DNA of 64,000 nucleotides from Squalus acanthias (taxonomy: Eukaryota). Shown piece after piece: positions 62,278-64,000 of this stretch. The notes below the pieces were generated by a model. The model did no database searches. It saw only the letters and a list, made by a program, of their open reading frames with translations, and was not told the origin of the DNA. Positions within the stretch are counted from its first letter, which is position 1; each line of letters starts with the position of its first letter. Made by a program: the position numbers and the translations under genes. The stretch covers positions 127,846,001-127,910,000 of the forward strand of contig CM059431.1 of NCBI GenBank assembly GCA_030390025.1, given 5' to 3'.

Positions 62278-62989
62278 AATGTGTTGGGGGATAGGGAGCT
62301 AACATTGATCATTATTAAATTTAATATTTAATGAATTAAATCTAAAGTGCATCATTCATTTTAAAATTTTCACATTTGGTGGAGTTCAATTTCTGAAATT
62401 ACCCATTAGATTACAAGACCACCTTGTGATTGTCATGTATTCTGCCATCAGATAATTTAGTTCAGATTTTCATAGTGAGTCGCAGACATTCTACTGCCAG
62501 CATGCTGTCCCAAATTCATTGAAAATAGTAAGCTTACCAAAGATTTCATCTTTGTTGCTCCATAGTTAGAACTGTGGGAAAACTCTGGCACTTTTTGATA
62601 AGTGAGCCACTGAACCTGAGCTGTTGCAGCATGCAGCAAGACATCCTGCCCATCAAGTCTGCACCAGTGCTTTTATCCACATGATGTACCTAGTCTAATC
62701 CCAGTCCCCTGCTTCCTTCCATGACCCTTTAATATTCCTCTTTTTCAAGCAACTATCTAATTCCCTTCTAAAATAATTTATGGACTCTACTTCAACAATA
62801 GTTTCTTTCAGAGAATGTTGCATTCTAACTACCCTCTATGCAATTAAAATTTTCGAATCTCTCTTTTATATTGTTTTGTGATCATCTCAAATATATTTCA
62901 TTACAGACTTGCTGATCAGTGAAGTGCCGCTTTATTCACCCTACCACAAAAACATAGATAAAATGGAGTTCACATAAAAGGGACAAGGA

Positions 62990-63470
62990 TGATTCCAGCC
63001 TTAATCACCATAGAAGACCATCATGTATGTGCCAACTTACAGCTAGAGCAATCCGAACCATTGCTATTGCTTTCCTCTCCTTATAGCCTTGTATCTTCCG
63101 CTGCTTCAAATATCCAACTTTTCCTTAAAATATACAAAATTCTCTGCCTCAACTAATCTCTGTGGCAAAGCATTCCATCTTCCAATAATTCTAGGCTTAA
63201 ATAAATTTCTCCTAACTTCAGTGGCTGACTGGCATCCTTCTGTATTGCAAATGGCTATAGTTCTCCTCCTCATATCAGCACATGGAAAATAAGACACATC
63301 ACTGTTTCTTCCTCCAACACCTTCTTTCAAAACTCTGAATATGCACAGCCTTTTAAACCCTAAGCTTAGCATCAAATAATCACTATTGCTTAGATTTATC
63401 TAATCTATCCAATTCAGAGTTCTGAATTCTGGGACAATCCTTGTTGCTATTCTGTGAACCCTCTGTAATT
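62990..63470 (-). mobile_element. Old CR1 3' fragment
   Basis: TEVRRNLFKPRIIGRWNALPQRLVEAENFVYFKEKLD. Confidence 0.7.
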
Positions 63471-63480
63471 CAACACTATG

Positions 63481-63945
63481 GGCCCGATTTTCCCAATGGA
63501 GGCGGGTTTCGGTTTGGGTGGGTTCCAAACCCGCCTCCACTGTGAGGTGGGAAACATTTGCGATTTTCCCCTAATTGGCCAGTTAATTTCAGAGATGTGG
63601 GTTCCCCTGGCCCAGTTAGTCTTTTGGGACTGAAACTCGCCTCTGCTGACGTCACTTATCCAGCTTCATTTAAGGGCTGCTTGCTGCCTTGGCTCATTCC
63701 ACTGGTTTTTGGTCGATGGTGCACCACCTCCAAACTTTTATCTCCTTGAAGAATGGCCAACTCCAAGGCAAGGGCCTCTCCGAGGTTCTCGGATGAGGCG
63801 CTAGGTATGCTGGTTGAGGGGGCGAGAGCTAGCAGGAAGGTGCTTTTCCCGTCATCTGGGAAAAAGAAGCCTCTCAAAGAAACCAAGGCTGTGTGGGTCC
63901 AGCTGGCAATGGATATAACCTCCAGATCTGTGTGCAGATCGGGTG
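63481..63945 (+). mobile_element. Harbinger left end with Myb exon-1 remnant (ATG 63753)
   Basis: TIR gggcccgattttccc; MANSKARASPRFSDEALGMLVEG…VLFP…KAVWVQLA. Confidence 0.75.
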
Positions 63946-64000
63946 AATGTTTCTGTTTATTGATGAAATGCCATTCCTGTGTGAATGCATTAAAATTAGG

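Overview
Repeat-dense eukaryotic DNA, most likely from a cartilaginous fish (shark), inferred from the repeat families. I found no convincing host gene exon. The window is mostly nested mobile DNA: a near-complete PIF/Harbinger transposon (frameshifted transposase plus an intact 3-exon Myb/SANT gene), many Harbinger remnants and MITEs, a full-length CR1 LINE, three nested copies of a CR1/Zenon-like LINE whose 5' end is a tRNA-derived SINE-like head, L2 fragments, a Deu-domain SINE, and Penelope-type palindromic repeats carrying minimal hammerhead ribozyme motifs. The most unusual element is an endogenous retrovirus-like provirus at ~18.7-25.1 kb. It has a 1.7-kb LTR, an 18-nt tRNA-Arg(UCG) PBS overlapping the gag ATG, and gag with a PSAPPSY late domain, MHR-like motif and CCHC knuckle. 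The gag stop is UGA-CUAG and reads in frame into a non-enzymatic coiled-coil/acidic/Pro-rich ORF where pol should be. Its env combines an Ig-like domain with a paramyxo/pneumovirus-F-like (lokiretrovirus-type) fusion protein. A solo LTR of the same family lies at 30.9-32.6 kb. Family names come from recognising motifs by eye, not from database searches.
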